64,000 nucleotides of DNA from a virus, in IMG/VR virus record IMGVR_UViG_2903631197_000003, positions 28,290-92,289 of that record. The stretch is one strand, 5' to 3'. Below the pieces are notes generated by a model that did no database searches, was not told the DNA's origin, and saw nothing but the letters and a program-made list of their open reading frames with translations. The translations under genes were made by a program, and so were the position numbers. The stretch's first letter is position 1; the number at the start of each line of letters is the position of its first letter. This document shows positions 10,489 through 20,711 of this stretch, in pieces.

Positions 10489-11075
10489 TATATTCAAATG
10501 CCTTGGCGCATCGAATCACACTGAGAAGGAAAGGGAGAAGAACGATTTCTACGCGACATCACCTATGGCCTTGAAAAAACTCATGGATGAAAGCAATGGG
10601 TATCAACTTCCATCAGTCGTTTACGAGCCTGCGTGCGGGACTGGCTGTCTCAGCGAAGTTCTTGCCAAAAGCGGGAGGAAAGTGTACTCATACGACATAG
10701 TTGATAGAGGCTACGGAGATGGCGTTAGGGATTTTCTCAATACTAAATGTTTGCCCGATGACTGTAAGTGTATCTTAACTAACCCGCCCTATAGCATGGC
10801 TATGGAGTTCGTGTTACACTCCTTGAAGCTATTACCTGAAAATGGTATCTGCGCGATGTTCCTCAAAACGACATTTTTAGAGGGCAAGAGACGCTTCGAT
10901 AAGCTTTTCTCGGTAAATCCTCCACGTTACATATTTCAGTTCGTTCAGCGCGTTCTCTGTGCGAAAAACGGCGATTTTGACGGCATGGTACGAGGGGGGG
11001 GGGTCAGCGGTCTCTTACGCTTGGTTTATATGGGAGAAAGGTTATAGGGGCGACCCTGTAGTGAAATGGTTATAA
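10460..11075 (+). CDS. N6-adenine DNA methyltransferase, frameshifted at a G10 tract (ORF as read ends at 11047)
   Basis: 'DFYAT', 'EPACGTG' and 'ILTNPPY' motifs; removing one G at 10994-11003 gives the typical C-terminus SAVSYAWFIWEKGYRGDPVVKWL* ending at 11075. Confidence 0.85.
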
Positions 11076-11076
11076 G

Positions 11077-11113
11077 AAAAATCGGGATGCCTAAAATGAC
11101 ATCCCGATTTTTT
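11077..11113. terminator. Bidirectional intrinsic terminator
   Basis: AAAAATCGGGATG-loop-CATCCCGATTTTT between convergent genes. Confidence 0.8.
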
Positions 11114-11636
11114 ATGACTTCAGTTCTTCTTCTGCCGCATCACCCGCGGCATCGGCTTTTGCATCTTCCTCAGTGTACTCGTCATTGGCTTTTTCCATTG
11201 CCTTAGCGTCTCTGTGGATAGAATCGAGCCATTTCGCTTTCAAACTGTCCACAAGGCCTTCATACTCCTTGTGGCTCTCACTCTCAGGGTCGAGGACTGA
11301 CGGATTGACAAAAGCTATGCACGACAAGGTTACTGCTTGTTGCAGGAACACGTCAGGCTGCGTTGAGACTATCTCGATATTCCTGAGTATGTTCAGCACC
11401 ATCGTGTCGTACTCCGGCTTGTTTTCCTCGATAAGGTCGATAATCACGCGGAACAACGGAGTGTACTCTGTTATGCTGATCCTGAAGTTTTCGTCGACAT
11501 CACGAATAGACACTGACGCATACGTCCCTGGGTCTACAAACTCGTTGATGACCAACTTGCGGTACAACCTCAAACGGAAATTGCCTAACGCAAATTCCTC
11601 TCTGTAGGTTATTCTCTTGAATTTTGTTCTTGGCAT
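11112..11636 (-). CDS. Hypothetical protein
   Basis: 174 aa in the minus-strand operon ending at the terminator. Confidence 0.65.
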   Translation of the reverse strand: MPRTKFKRITYREEFALGNFRLRLYRKLVINEFVDPGTYASVSIRDVDENFRISITEYTPLFRVIIDLIEENKPEYDTMVLNILRNIEIVSTQPDVFLQQAVTLSCIAFVNPSVLDPESESHKEYEGLVDSLKAKWLDSIHRDAKAMEKANDEYTEEDAKADAAGDAAEEELKS

Positions 11637-11641
11637 TGTTG

Positions 11642-12151
11642 TTATTTTTTATTTGTCGTTGATTTCTTGCCTCTTGTTGCACGAGGCTTCTTTGCTACTT
11701 GCTGCGCCTCTGGTTCCTCGTCAGGGGCAGGCGAGATGGCCTTGCTTTCTTCTTGGCGGGACTCTTCTTCTTTCTTCGAAGCGAAGAACTCACTGAGAGC
11801 CTTTGCCTCATCGTCGAAGCCAGCCGCAAGCAATGCAACAAGCCTCTCGTTCTCTGGGAGGGCGTTGATTTCATCTAACCTCGCGGCCCGCTTCGCCTTT
11901 TCCTCTGCCAGTCTCTCGTCCCTTTCCTTTGTCAGACGTTCGGCAAGGTCTTTCATCCCCATATCCGTGAACTGCTTCAACGCCTCCTCGTAAGGAAGTG
12001 CCGAATATTGATTGTACACTTGCTCTAATTCACTGTCAGGGAATATCACTCCTCCCTTGACACCCGTAGAGCCTGTCCTCACCTGCATGATATCGACGGT
12101 GAGCTTCCGTTCTCTTCCAATTCTCATGATTATACTTTTTATGTTTGACAA
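11642..12151 (-). CDS. Hypothetical protein (helical, basic C-terminal tail)
   Basis: 169 aa, tightly packed in the operon. Confidence 0.65.
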   Translation of the reverse strand: MSNIKSIIMRIGRERKLTVDIMQVRTGSTGVKGGVIFPDSELEQVYNQYSALPYEEALKQFTDMGMKDLAERLTKERDERLAEEKAKRAARLDEINALPENERLVALLAAGFDDEAKALSEFFASKKEEESRQEESKAISPAPDEEPEAQQVAKKPRATRGKKSTTNKK

Positions 12152-12197
12152 TTATTACTTATGGGAGCCTCGGCAATATGCCACGCGGGATTTGCCG

Positions 12198-12695
12198 TCA
12201 GAGCATCACGAAGTCCTCTACGTCCATATAGTCTATGCCGAAATTCTCAGCACACTTCAAGTCGCTGTCGGAAAAACAACCAGGCTTACCAGAAGCGTCG
12301 CCTATCATCATCATCATCGACTTGCTCATAGGGTCGTAGTACTCTTCGTATAAGTCCTCCAGCATGCCGGGGTTCGGCTTGCGACACGGGTGGTTGCTGT
12401 CGGACGAAGAGCACCACACCGCCTTGACGTTTACGGAACAGTACTTCTCTATAAATTTGGCAATGCAACACAACTTTGCCACAAAATCCTCCTTGTTGAC
12501 AAACTTGGGTATGCCAGCCTGGTTGGTTACTATCGCAAGGTGAGTGAAACAACCCAAGTCCTTCACCTTGTCAAGGACATCCTTCCTTATCTGGAAATCG
12601 GTAACGTCCTTCGGAAACACGGCCTTGCTTACTGTCTTTATCAGAGTGCCGTCAAGGTCGCAAAACAACACTCTCTTGTTTTCAATGTTTATCAT
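12198..12695 (-). CDS. HAD-IIIA phosphatase (polynucleotide 3'-phosphatase-like)
   Basis: DLDGTLIKT, IVTNQAG, RKPNPGM and IGDASG...FSDSD motifs. Confidence 0.88.
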   Translation of the reverse strand: MINIENKRVLFCDLDGTLIKTVSKAVFPKDVTDFQIRKDVLDKVKDLGCFTHLAIVTNQAGIPKFVNKEDFVAKLCCIAKFIEKYCSVNVKAVWCSSSDSNHPCRKPNPGMLEDLYEEYYDPMSKSMMMMIGDASGKPGCFSDSDLKCAENFGIDYMDVEDFVML

Positions 12696-12733
12696 ATCTG
12701 CTTATTTTAATGATTGTACGTGTGTGTTATCTA

Positions 12734-14194
12734 TTACTTTATGGCAAAAGGTATGTCCTCGTCGCTGTAGATGTCGTAGATGACACCGCCGCTCTTCCTC
12801 CTGGACCTGAAACCAAGCTTGCGCATCTCCCGCCCGAAAGAGTTTATCGTGACCGGCTCAATGCCGTTAAGCTCCGCAAACGACTGGTATTTCGTATACA
12901 GCACGCCAGACGAGACGTACTTGGGCTTCTCGTCCCACATGCCCGAATACACTCCCTGTCTGTAACCGTTGTCATCACAGAAAAGCTTCACCGACTGGCC
13001 GTTCTCTATCTCGTACTCCCTGATGGACTCACTCACGCGGGCGTCAGGCACAAGGACGTAGCCGTCGGCGGCAAGCTTCCTCAGACCCTCCACCACCCAG
13101 TTCCTTATGCCAGGCAACTCGGACATCATCTTCGTGACCAACTCCCTGTCGATACACTCGCGGCGCACCCTCGTACTGAAGCTGATGACGATAAGCCTCC
13201 TGACAAAGGCAGCGTCCATAGCCCTGTTAGCCGGCATCCTGTTCATGTTGAACACAAAGAAAGGAATGTCAAAGGCGGTCTCCGAATCCTTGCCTATCCT
13301 GCGAACCTCCTGGGGCTCGCCAGAACACAGGCTCTTGAACGTGTCCGAACTCTTGGTGATGTCGTCAGCCTGTATCTCGGAACAGTAGTTGAACACCTTG
13401 CCGACAATACGACCGATGTTACGCATCCTCAAGTCTACATTGGGAGTGACAAGATGACCCAACGGCATGTACGAGATGTTCTCGGCACCGTACACGGCCT
13501 TCACCATCTCAAACACAGTGCTCTTGCCGTTACCGCCACCGCCGACAAGCCACAACGTCTCCTCTATCTTGTGGCTCATGTAACGACGGTCACAACAACC
13601 TAAGCCAAGATAACGCTGCAAAACCTCTATGTCACGAGGCTTGAGGATCTTCGACAAAAAAGAACACCACAAAGGACACTTCTCGCCAGGAAGGTACGGA
13701 TAAGACAATACAGAGGTAATCGGCATACGCTCAGAGAAATCATGCCTCACCGGATTGCTGATGTCGGAGAAATCCCATACGCCATTGTAGAAACCAATGA
13801 CACAAGGAGACTGCTCCAACGGAGACATCGAAGCTCCATCACGGGCAGCCTGCAAAAGGCGCAACTCACTCTTGACTACATCGCCCTTGGGGACATTCAG
13901 ACTGACAAGGGCTGAGTTAATAGACGCTTTCAGGAGAACAAAGTCCTTGTCAAACGATACCCAACAACGACCGTCAAAATAGTATACCATACCATGCAGA
14001 CCACGGAAACAAGCACTCGAAGCACGGGTGACAACATCCCTGTAACCATACAGGCGGTCATCGTAACGAGACTCCTGACGAATACGAGTCATCTCGGACT
14101 TGTTGACATGTGACAGCAGCTCGGCACTTACAGCGGCAACAATGCCGTAATTCCTGTCTGATGCACTATTGCTCAATTTCTTAGCCATATACAA
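12734..14194 (-). CDS. D5/P4-family SF3 helicase (primase C-terminal type, no primase domain evident)
   Basis: D5_N-like 'IGFYNGVWD', Walker A GGGGNGKST, motif C 'FNMN', 'AFVRRL', C-terminal winged-helix-like region. Confidence 0.85.
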   Translation of the reverse strand: MYMAKKLSNSASDRNYGIVAAVSAELLSHVNKSEMTRIRQESRYDDRLYGYRDVVTRASSACFRGLHGMVYYFDGRCWVSFDKDFVLLKASINSALVSLNVPKGDVVKSELRLLQAARDGASMSPLEQSPCVIGFYNGVWDFSDISNPVRHDFSERMPITSVLSYPYLPGEKCPLWCSFLSKILKPRDIEVLQRYLGLGCCDRRYMSHKIEETLWLVGGGGNGKSTVFEMVKAVYGAENISYMPLGHLVTPNVDLRMRNIGRIVGKVFNYCSEIQADDITKSSDTFKSLCSGEPQEVRRIGKDSETAFDIPFFVFNMNRMPANRAMDAAFVRRLIVISFSTRVRRECIDRELVTKMMSELPGIRNWVVEGLRKLAADGYVLVPDARVSESIREYEIENGQSVKLFCDDNGYRQGVYSGMWDEKPKYVSSGVLYTKYQSFAELNGIEPVTINSFGREMRKLGFRSRRKSGGVIYDIYSDEDIPFAIK

Positions 14195-14261
14195 TAAATA
14201 AATAAAAAATCAAATCAATAACTCTAAAATGATGATTATTTATACATTTCATACACTGATG

Positions 14262-14269
14262 CAAAGGTA
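14262..14269 (-). promoter_or_regulatory. Bacteroidetes -7 element (TACCTTTG) for the leftward helicase operon
   Basis: TAnnTTTG match about 70 nt upstream of the ORF. Confidence 0.5.
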
Positions 14270-14689
14270 ATGCCTTTTATTTACAGGCGTTTCGGAGGAA
14301 TGGTAAAACTTGAAACAATCCTACATAAATAGGATAAAAAGTACACAAAAACATGCGAAATCATACACTAAACATACATTTTGGGGATTTTTCACTACTC
14401 CATAAAATACAATAAAAGTGTATAAAAACGACTATTTTCCCATAGGATAATAACAGAAAAATGAAGGATTATGCATGGTACACGAAACGAAAATCGAAAA
14501 AATCGAAAAAATAAAAAATTAAAAATTCCAGATGAAAGGTCAATATGGCTTGCCTCAAAATAGTTAAAAGGGGTGTTAGGGGTATGTAATACGTTAATTA
14601 TCAGTACATTACGTATTGTTATATTATAACAATAATGTAACATTTTTCCGAAAATAGCTTATCAAATCATATCGGTCTGAAGTCCTTTA

Positions 14690-14860
14690 TTTTCTCCGTC
14701 TGTCCGTCTTCTTCTCTTCTCTTCCCTTCTGTTTGTCTGTCTTCCCTTCTGTCTGTCCTCTGTCTCCTTCCCTTCTGTTTTCCTCTGTCCTCTTCCGTCT
14801 TCCGTCTGTCTTCTCTTGTCTTCCTCTTCTGTCTGCCCTCTGTCCTCTTCTCTTCCCTTC
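14690..14860. repeat. 171-nt A-free pyrimidine-rich low-complexity tract
   Basis: No adenine on the + strand from 14690 to 14860; recurring CTTCCCTTC (4x) and CTGTC units. Confidence 0.9.
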
Positions 14861-15082
14861 AGGATCTTATTCTTGAGTCTTGAACCTTGTTAGCTTGCTC
14901 CAGGTTTTAAGATGTCTTATAGCAGTTTTATTGCTGTGCTGCTTGCCTGCTTTATGCTTCCCTTACATATACAGACACACGTATATATACCTTATATAGA
15001 CTACTTCAGCGGTGTTTTACGCCCTTTCCCTTGATATATGTCAATAATTAGCCGTAAATATAACTTATATATAACTTTTCTC

Positions 15083-15113
15083 TTGACATAACATTAATAA
15101 TGTATTATCTTTG
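15083..15113 (+). promoter_or_regulatory. Bacteroidetes promoter (TTG ... TATCTTTG) for the rightward early region
   Basis: TATCTTTG at 15106-15113 with upstream TTG. Confidence 0.55.
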
Positions 15114-15261
15114 CACTTGAAAACTTATTGGTGGCATGGTTACAAGTTATCTTGATTCCTCACCGTGGTTGCTCTTTGGCTTATTGACACAAAAGGAAGG
15201 TAACATTTTCTTTCTGTGTTTTCATCGTGATTGATTGTTTAACCTATTAAATATAAAAATT

Positions 15262-16332
15262 ATGAGTAAGAAAACAAAAGAAATGGCAAATAATATTGAT
15301 AATATTGTTGCCGCAAATGTTATTGAGAATGCAAAGGCTGTTGGTTCTTCTTCGGATTCCTCGGCTGATTCCTCTGCGGTTCTTCCGTTGGTGGATTCGG
15401 TTGTTATATCTGACCAAATAGAAGCGGGGGACACTGAAGCAGTTAAAAAGCGTGATTGCATGGAATTAATCAGAAACAATTACCGTGCACCGGTTCCAAC
15501 GGCTGCGGTGTTGCTTGGTCGGTTCTTTCGTGCTGGACTGCCGTCCGATAATAAAGAAGTTATAAAATTAGCCTTAGAACTTGATGGCTTGAAACTTGAT
15601 GATGATTTTGCGGTTGCGTCTTTCGTCTTCGGGCTTTCGGCTCCCGTGGCTTCGGCTGTCTCTCGTGCTGCCAGTGCGTGGTGGCGTGTTGAGGGTGATT
15701 TTAAAGTTGCAACGGTGAAAGATGTTGTTAATTTTGCAAACAATAACACTTCGCTTTCGTCTGAGGTGTATTTCTGTAACATTAATCCTGAGTGGCTTTT
15801 TATTGATTCTCGTTTGGTTGTGTATTCAGCAACAAATAACAACGGTGAAAAAAATATGCTCTTACCCGGGTGTTATTATACGTTTATCGAAGAGTCAACG
15901 GCTAATTATATTCGTGCGGTCGGTTCTGTTGGTGTTTATCTTGATGCTAAACGGCGTGAAATGAACGGCAAAATAAGTAACGTTTTTGCGCTTCGTCCTG
16001 CGGTTTCTGGCTACATTAAAAAAATCCTTTTAGCCGGATTTCTTTCTGCTTCTGATATTGCCGATATAGCGCAGGAGGTTGAAAAAGAGATTCAACAAGA
16101 AAAAGACGACCAAAAAGCCGTTTTAACTGCTGCGGTGATTCAAAAAGAGTTCGAGTTGACAGAAATACAACGGCTTTATGATGAAACAAGGGCGAAAATA
16201 TCAAACGACGGTTTGGGCGTTGCTAAATATAAGAAACTACAAAAGTTACTTAACGTTTACAACCAAAAACTTTCAGCCGTTAAGACTTCGCTCTCTGTGG
16301 CTCGCTTGGATTTGAAAAAGTTCGAAAAGTGA
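15262..16332 (+). CDS. Hypothetical protein (first early gene, C-terminal coiled coil)
   Basis: Long ORF with AT-rich leader; likely start MSKK; followed by a hairpin. Confidence 0.7.
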   Translation: MSKKTKEMANNIDNIVAANVIENAKAVGSSSDSSADSSAVLPLVDSVVISDQIEAGDTEAVKKRDCMELIRNNYRAPVPTAAVLLGRFFRAGLPSDNKEVIKLALELDGLKLDDDFAVASFVFGLSAPVASAVSRAASAWWRVEGDFKVATVKDVVNFANNNTSLSSEVYFCNINPEWLFIDSRLVVYSATNNNGEKNMLLPGCYYTFIEESTANYIRAVGSVGVYLDAKRREMNGKISNVFALRPAVSGYIKKILLAGFLSASDIADIAQEVEKEIQQEKDDQKAVLTAAVIQKEFELTEIQRLYDETRAKISNDGLGVAKYKKLQKLLNVYNQKLSAVKTSLSVARLDLKKFEK

Positions 16333-16349
16333 TTGCATTTTCATTTATT

Positions 16350-16387
16350 AACCGTCCGGGGTTCGTCCTCGGGCGGTTCTCTCTTTC
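16350..16387 (+). terminator. Probable intrinsic terminator
   Basis: AACCGTCCGGGG-TTCG-TCCTCGGGCGGTT followed by a pyrimidine run. Confidence 0.55.
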
Positions 16388-17227
16388 GGTTGTGTCAAAA
16401 GTAATTTAGATTTTTCATTTGATTAAATAAAAGCTGCTGGCGGGTGATTCCGTTGGTGGTTGCTTTTATCAGTCTTTCAGTGGTCGTTTTTGGCTGCTGG
16501 TTGGCTGGTGCTGCTGGTGCTGCTGGTGCTTCTGCTTCGGCGGTTTCAGCATTCCCGGCGGTTGGGTGTTGTTACAATAACTTTCGTTATTGATTCTGTC
16601 CGGCTGCTTTTCTTTGATATATTATTTTTTCTTGGTTTTTTATTTATCGGTTCAAATCTTGATTTGATTTTGGTCTATCTTGATTTGATTTTTTTTCGAT
16701 AAATATTTTCTTCAAATCAATTTGTTTGCAGTAATAAATTTAGTAGTTTCAAAAATAACTATTTTGCACTACTTAACCGGGCTGTGACAAAAATTTGGAG
16801 TTTGACAAAAATTCCGTGAAAAGTTTTTCAAATACTTTTTATACGGCTGTGAATGGCACAGAAGAAAAGGTGTGACAAAGATCCGAGAGGAAAAGAAAAA
16901 GAATTATTTGAGAAAATAGTTCGCTTGCAGGACTGTTTTATGTATGACGGACAAACTTATATACATCAAGCTGCAAATAAGTATTGAGTGAAACACTATA
17001 AAATATTTTGTTATCAGGTTCAAAAGACCTTTGGCAAACAATTTTTGGTGAAAGTAACAACTTGCTGTCACAATTATAAATCCATAATTGAATTTAGTTA
17101 ATATTTCTCTCAAAGTAATTATTAGCATTTCGTGTGTGAAGAATGAAATGAGGGAAAATTTTTATAGCTCCACGGTTGTTTGCTCAGCCGTGGAGTTCAA
17201 ACAAAATATTAACAAAAAACAGATATT

Positions 17228-17446
17228 ATGCGAAAAGAAATTTTAAACATGGTGGAAGACTACGAAATGGGTTTTATTTCACCGATGGAGCTGTTAAATC
17301 AGTTCTCTGATTTGTTGTCATACTTTGGCTCAAACAAAGAGCTTGATGACAAAATAAACGGTTTGGTTTTTCCTCTTTCAAATTTCGTAGCAAAGAAATT
17401 GAAAGAAGGCGAACATTTCTCTTTTTCAGAATTTAAAAACGATTAA
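17228..17446 (+). CDS. Hypothetical early protein
   Basis: 72 aa, preceded by hairpin and AT leader. Confidence 0.65.
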   Translation: MRKEILNMVEDYEMGFISPMELLNQFSDLLSYFGSNKELDDKINGLVFPLSNFVAKKLKEGEHFSFSEFKND

Positions 17447-17558
17447 GCAATGGCAAACGATTATTACAATCTTTCAAACGTGATCTTCGAAAGATACGGA
17501 ATTGAGAAAGGAATAAAAATCCTTTGTCGTGCGAACATTCACAATTTATTGAAAATTT

Positions 17559-18011
17559 ATGGAAACTAAGGAAATTCCTGGAAATCTCTTGCGAAAGTGG
17601 GAGATTTCCGCAACAAAGCAAAATCTTTCTCAACAAGAGTTTGTTGAATATATACGCAACAAGCAAAGAGAATATTATGATGTTCAGGAAATGACGACCG
17701 TTAAAAAAGAAATGATAGACGGCCAACTGACTGAATATGGAAAACAGAAAGCTCTTGAACATTTCAGAAAAATGGACGAAAGGAAAAGAGCTATCACTCT
17801 ATCACGTATAGACTTTGAAGTATATTACAACAAGATTATTTCTAATGGATATGAAGAGAATACATGTTATGAAATAATTAGCAGTTATAATATATTGACA
17901 GAAAGACGTGAAAGGCTTTCTCTTACAAAGAAAGAAATGAAGATGCACGGTCTTGTATTAAGCAAGGTAAATAAAATGTATGAAGAAGCCAAAAGAATTA
18001 CCGGAATGTGA
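17559..18011 (+). CDS. Hypothetical early protein
   Basis: 150 aa ORF. Confidence 0.65.
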   Translation: METKEIPGNLLRKWEISATKQNLSQQEFVEYIRNKQREYYDVQEMTTVKKEMIDGQLTEYGKQKALEHFRKMDERKRAITLSRIDFEVYYNKIISNGYEENTCYEIISSYNILTERRERLSLTKKEMKMHGLVLSKVNKMYEEAKRITGM

Positions 18012-18064
18012 TTTGTTTCACGTTCCGGTTCAATAATTTATAAATCAAGCTAACAGAAAATAAT

Positions 18065-18283
18065 ATGAAAAAGAGTAAAGTGTTCCTTTTGGGGAACGTG
18101 ATATTATCATTCCCGATAATGTTGTTGTTGACAGACGATGTGTTTATTTACATCCTTGATGCAATATTGATAATATTTTTATTATTCATCGGGAATGTAT
18201 ATTTCCATGGATTCTGGAAAGATTATTTTTCGATTTGCAATGACTTTGACGAGTTCCTGAAGTCTCAAAAATCCGAAGAATAA
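18065..18283 (+). CDS. Small membrane protein
   Basis: 72 aa with two hydrophobic stretches. Confidence 0.6.
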   Translation: MKKSKVFLLGNVILSFPIMLLLTDDVFIYILDAILIIFLLFIGNVYFHGFWKDYFSICNDFDEFLKSQKSEE

Positions 18284-18373
18284 ACAAGTACGATAATTGA
18301 AAGTACGATAATTACTTCCAGCAGGCGAGAACTGGTTGGAAGTACGATAATTATTCACTAAATATATAAAGTT

Positions 18374-18604
18374 ATGGAAACTAAAAAAGCTAAAAACGTT
18401 TGGTTCAAGATTAACGGCAAAGTTGTCGGATATTCTTGCAACAGCATTACTTTCGACAGAAATAATGTATATGTAAAAATGAGCAATTGCAATTGCAACA
18501 AGTACACTCTTCTTTGCGATGGAGTAACATTCGACGAGTCCACTGACTTCACTGAAATTACAATCTGCGTTAAAATGGAAAATCTCCACGCAATAGAGTT
18601 CTAA
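18374..18604 (+). CDS. Hypothetical early protein
   Basis: 76 aa, leader motif upstream. Confidence 0.65.
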   Translation: METKKAKNVWFKINGKVVGYSCNSITFDRNNVYVKMSNCNCNKYTLLCDGVTFDESTDFTEITICVKMENLHAIEF

Positions 18605-18669
18605 TATTTTTCAGGCGTTGATTCGCCTGGAAAGTACGATAATTATTAATTCACTAAATTTATAAAGTT

Positions 18670-18882
18670 ATGGAATATTACAAAGTAAAAGCGAAATTTG
18701 CAGAAAGAACATTTGGCGAAATCACGTTGATAAATAATGAACTTATGACAAAAGAGGAAATTGAAACAAACAAATTGCCATTATTTTGTTTCGTGAAAGT
18801 AGATGTTCCAGAAGAAAGGACATATTGTTTTTTCTGCGCAAGATTTGACGACAATGACGGAAATGAGCCGTGGAACAACTGA
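18670..18882 (+). CDS. Hypothetical early protein
   Basis: 70 aa, leader motif upstream. Confidence 0.65.
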   Translation: MEYYKVKAKFAERTFGEITLINNELMTKEEIETNKLPLFCFVKVDVPEERTYCFFCARFDDNDGNEPWNN

Positions 18883-18941
18883 TTTTCTTTGCAGTCATTG
18901 ATTTGGCTGCAAGATACGATTATTCACTAAAAGTTTATATT

Positions 18942-19349
18942 ATGGAAAGAAAAGAATTAAACGAACTCACAAATGACGTTGGTGTTCGCTATCTCGATTA
19001 TGTCTATGACTGGGAAATAATCGGAGTCGAAGAAGATTATGACGGAACGGGATATTTATATCCGATAACAATAATCAAAGGCTGGCCAAACGAAAACGAA
19101 AGATTTTTGGGAGTTATCTATATTTCCAAAAAATATGCAGGGAACGGAGCGGGCTTTTTCTCCAGGTTTGAGTATTTCTGTAGGATAGTTTCTTGCAGAA
19201 CATCAGGAATAAACCCAAAATATGACCACAAGGGAGATGTTATTTGGCCTGCATGGTATTGTACAAATGAAGAGTACGCCGTATTTGTGAAAAAGTACAA
19301 TGAACTTCACGAAAAGTACGATAAGTATGTAAAAAGTGATTGCGCGTGA
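18942..19349 (+). CDS. Hypothetical early protein
   Basis: Start moved to MERKEL, the ATG after the leader motif. Confidence 0.65.
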   Translation: MERKELNELTNDVGVRYLDYVYDWEIIGVEEDYDGTGYLYPITIIKGWPNENERFLGVIYISKKYAGNGAGFFSRFEYFCRIVSCRTSGINPKYDHKGDVIWPAWYCTNEEYAVFVKKYNELHEKYDKYVKSDCA

Positions 19350-19390
19350 CAGCGCGATTACTTTCCATTATTAACTAAATAAATACGATT

Positions 19391-19666
19391 ATGAAATTAG
19401 GAGAGTTTAATGTTTTTAATGCTATTAATACGCTCGGTTACGGTAATGATAGATGGCTATGCACGTTTTATTTTGAAGAAACGAGCGTTAAGAAACAAAC
19501 CAATTTTGGAGCCGATGAAAAAGTTAAAGGTTTTGTTGTATATGTCTGGATTTCGAAAGATAACGAAATGGATATTATGTTATTCGACAAAACTTGCATA
19601 ACTCCTAAGTATGTTCTAAACGACTATAAGACCGGCGAAACATTGCTTGTTTTTGAGCTGAACTAA
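19391..19666 (+). CDS. Hypothetical early protein
   Basis: 91 aa, leader motif upstream. Confidence 0.65.
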   Translation: MKLGEFNVFNAINTLGYGNDRWLCTFYFEETSVKKQTNFGADEKVKGFVVYVWISKDNEMDIMLFDKTCITPKYVLNDYKTGETLLVFELN

Positions 19667-19731
19667 CTATTTAACTCCATGCCTATTGATTTAGGCAAGG
19701 AGTACGATTATTCACTAAAAAATATAAAGTT

Positions 19732-19908
19732 ATGGTACAGAACGTAAAGAATGACAGAAAGTTTGAAAAAGAACTTTTCCAGATGATTGAGAAAATCAAG
19801 ATTCATGCAAGGCAGCTAAGGTGCAACAATCAGACCGGGCGAGGCTATCAGGGCGTGAACAATCTTTTGAAAGAGGACTTTTTTAACCTGGTAGAACTTT
19901 GCAGCTAA
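19732..19908 (+). CDS. Small hypothetical early protein (58 aa, not in ORF track)
   Basis: MVQNVKNDRKFEKELF...; lies between two leader modules. Confidence 0.6.
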   Translation: MVQNVKNDRKFEKELFQMIEKIKIHARQLRCNNQTGRGYQGVNNLLKEDFFNLVELCS

Positions 19909-19967
19909 AACAATCTCCATACATTTTGCTATGTATGGAGTACGATTATTAACTTAAAAATAGAATT

Positions 19968-20579
19968 ATGGAAAAACTTAGTTTAAACACATCATTGTTT
20001 CCAATCGCAGATGTTGCGATGTACGGAACTATTCTCGATTCAGGTGAAATGGAATATTACCTAAATCAGGATGAAGAAGATGAAATAGAAATCAATCAGG
20101 ACAAGTACGAGAAAGAACTTGTGTATGTTTCAAGTCAGTTTATAAAAGAAAATGTACTTGAAACTTTCAAGAAATATGGAATTGTTTCTATTGATAATTT
20201 TTCTCTTTATAAGCCATATTATTATAATTATCAAAATGACATGCTGTGCTTTGACGTGACTTTATCGGATGACTTTGATGACATAATAAAAAAGTACATT
20301 TCTAAGTTTGAGAAAGAAGAAAAGTACAAAAAATATATCGAAGAAAATTGGAAGTCTTGTTCTGGTTTTATCTCTTTTATGCCTGAGTCTATAGAGGAAA
20401 TTTTAAAACCATCTAAGTATTTTGAAATGCGTGTACATCAGGTTGCGGCTTTTTTGACTCTTTGTATTCTAAATGAAGGAGAACTAAAGGAAAAAATTGA
20501 CAATTCCATAGAAGATTTCTATTATTATCTTAAGGAAAACTATTTTGAGTATGTAGAGTACAAAAAGAAAATAGTTTAA
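19968..20579 (+). CDS. Hypothetical acidic early protein
   Basis: 203 aa, leader motif upstream. Confidence 0.7.
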   Translation: MEKLSLNTSLFPIADVAMYGTILDSGEMEYYLNQDEEDEIEINQDKYEKELVYVSSQFIKENVLETFKKYGIVSIDNFSLYKPYYYNYQNDMLCFDVTLSDDFDDIIKKYISKFEKEEKYKKYIEENWKSCSGFISFMPESIEEILKPSKYFEMRVHQVAAFLTLCILNEGELKEKIDNSIEDFYYYLKENYFEYVEYKKKIV

Positions 20580-20711
20580 AAAAGATATTGCATCGTTGGT
20601 TCGGTGCAGTATCGCGGTTATATTTTCCATTAATTTTTATATTTTTTAGGTGAGGCTGTGCTCGTTTGTTCGGGTGCAGCCATTCCTATTATTAACTAAA
20701 AAAATACGATT

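Noticed and set aside
12710..13603. Long antisense ORFs (12710..13603, 2014..2901, 52264..53007 and similar)
   Set aside because: They are shadow frames opposite well-supported genes and have no motifs or leaders.
16460..16702. 80-aa hydrophobic ORF
   Set aside because: TTG start, no leader, and it derives from G/T low-complexity sequence.
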